Part shown: piece by piece, positions 62,485-64,000 of the stretch | Layout of the letters: every line of letters starts with the position of its first letter | Numbering within the stretch: the stretch's first letter is position 1 | From: Camelus ferus | Taxonomy: Eukaryota | Assembly (NCBI RefSeq): GCF_009834535.1 | Contig: NC_045696.1 | Location: forward strand, 106,828,001 to 106,892,000 | Length of the DNA stretch: 64,000 bases | Reading direction: 5' to 3' | The notes under the pieces: generated by a model | The model's database searches: none | Told to the model about the DNA's origin: nothing | The model's input: only the letters and a program-made list of their open reading frames with translations | Position numbers and translations under genes: made by a program

Positions 62485-64000
62485 CTGCATACACATGCAC
62501 ACATGTGCAAATCCACTTATAGGTGTATGGGGGCAATTGGAGTACTTTATGTGCACCTATAAAAACCTATTTAAGGTCAACTGGACCAGAGCTCAAGTGC
62601 TAACCACAATTTACCTCTTAAAGCCCACCCTGCCTGTCTCTAAGCCAGGGCCCCTAAAAATCTCAGCCAGAACAGACTTTCAGAGGCTCAGAGGAGGAGG
62701 AATCTTCTGTGGAAGATCCTGGGCTCCAGATTCTTATCTGATGCATGCAGAAGTCAGGTCATCTCTCTATTTGATAATCTAGAAGAGAATTAAAATTCTT
62801 CTAGAGTCCTCTACCTGCTGAATCCTGGCTTTCTTCCCTGAAAAGGGTTTTCCAGGACCCATGGTCACTAGGGCTTTTGAATTTTCACCCTAGACAAGCT
62901 TCTAAAAGCAGCCTGCATCTTAAGAAGCCTGTGAGTATTTGTGCTTTCAGTCGTGGACCCCAAAGTCCAGCTCAACAAAATCACACACGACACCTTCTCT
63001 ATACCAGCCCTATGCTAACTGTATAATCCTCTCTGGTGTGGATACCCAGCTTTTGATGTTTGCCTCCCCAGAATCCATTCCACCTTCTTCTGTTCATTCA
63101 GGGAGCTCCCTCCTCCTTTCTCAGGCCAGTGATCTGAATGTGACCCCTCCCATCTCCAACCCTAAGAAAAGCAGCCTGTTATGTTCCTCCGGCCACTTTG
63201 GCCAGGGGAAGGCAAGTGATCTAAACTCATCTAATCAGAATAATAGATCTGCAGGAAGGAGAAGAAAAAGTGCACAATTAAGTGTGAAGAAAGGCTGAAA
63301 CGAACGTGGACAAGTTTACACAAAAAGTGTGTTCAGCAAGTGACTCGTTCTCAGGGACAGGTGCCACCCAAGTTCCCTCCCAGGGGTTCAGAGGAGCAGG
63401 GCTGCCTTGTACTCCAGTCTGTGCTGTCTTGGCACCACCAACAGCCCAGATTCTAGAGATGAGAAAAGAGGCCTCCAGTTGAGGCAACCCCGGAGCTGTT
63501 GACTGTGGAGAACCCCGCTCAGCACCGTGTAATGGGGGCTGTCCCTTTCAGGGTTTCGCAGACTCACCAGGTATGTGATGCCATTTCCAGCTGAGTCTCT
63601 TGTGCGAGCTGCTGGGTCGGGGCAGCTTCTGCTCCCTGCCCGGCCTGAGAAACAACTGCCTGCGTAGCTAAAGCGACTCTCCCTTTGGTGGGGGAGACTC
63701 TGGGCTCAACACACACTCCAGGCATCTCAACAACTCACTGTTACCCCCCATGTCTGCACTGTTGCAGTCGTCTTTCTGATTTGGATTGGCTTGTTAGATA
63801 AAAATTGAGAATATTATCCAAATCAAACCATTCTCATCTCTCTTCCCATCTCTTCCTTGTGTTTTCTGGCAGTCACTTTATCACTGAAACTCTTTAATTT
63901 TCCTGGACTCTTTCTTCAAAGGTGCCGGGAATTTAAAACATACTTCACTTCATCTGTGTGTGTGTTTAAAACCATAAAACGTATGTAATAGAAGTTGAAG

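Overview
Mammalian non-coding genomic DNA, read by eye without database searches. The young L1 3' ends (20.9, 32.5, 40.8 and 12.0 kb) look camelid/cetartiodactyl, and I see no Alu, B1, Bov-A, PRE-1 or SINEC elements, so the source is probably a camel, llama or alpaca (inference). I recognise no protein-coding exon, RNA gene or CRISPR array; the listed ORFs are chance ORFs or decayed L1/transposase remnants. A large part of the window is interspersed repeats: L1, L2, L3/CR1, MIR, MLT1/MLT2, MER21, a MER68-like LTR, a MER41-like LTR, MER5/MER58/MER91 and Kanga1. Repeat-free blocks rich in homeodomain, SOX and PBX-HOX motifs (about 4.1, 18.7, 23.3-24.5, 31, 52 and 62 kb) and an orphan CpG-rich island (about 31.0-31.9 kb) suggest the regulatory landscape of a developmental gene outside the window. 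The most unusual structure is an LTR fragment that ends at its own poly(A) signal, carries a poly(A) tail and is flanked by ~16-bp duplications inside a MER5A, which points to an L1-mobilised LTR retrocopy. Also notable are a MER41-like solo LTR with a GAS motif, an inverted PBX-HOX pair with a MEIS site, and several TSD-resolved nested insertions. I cannot support a claim of a new biological system here. Repeat subfamily names are recalled from consensus sequences and most boundaries are approximate.
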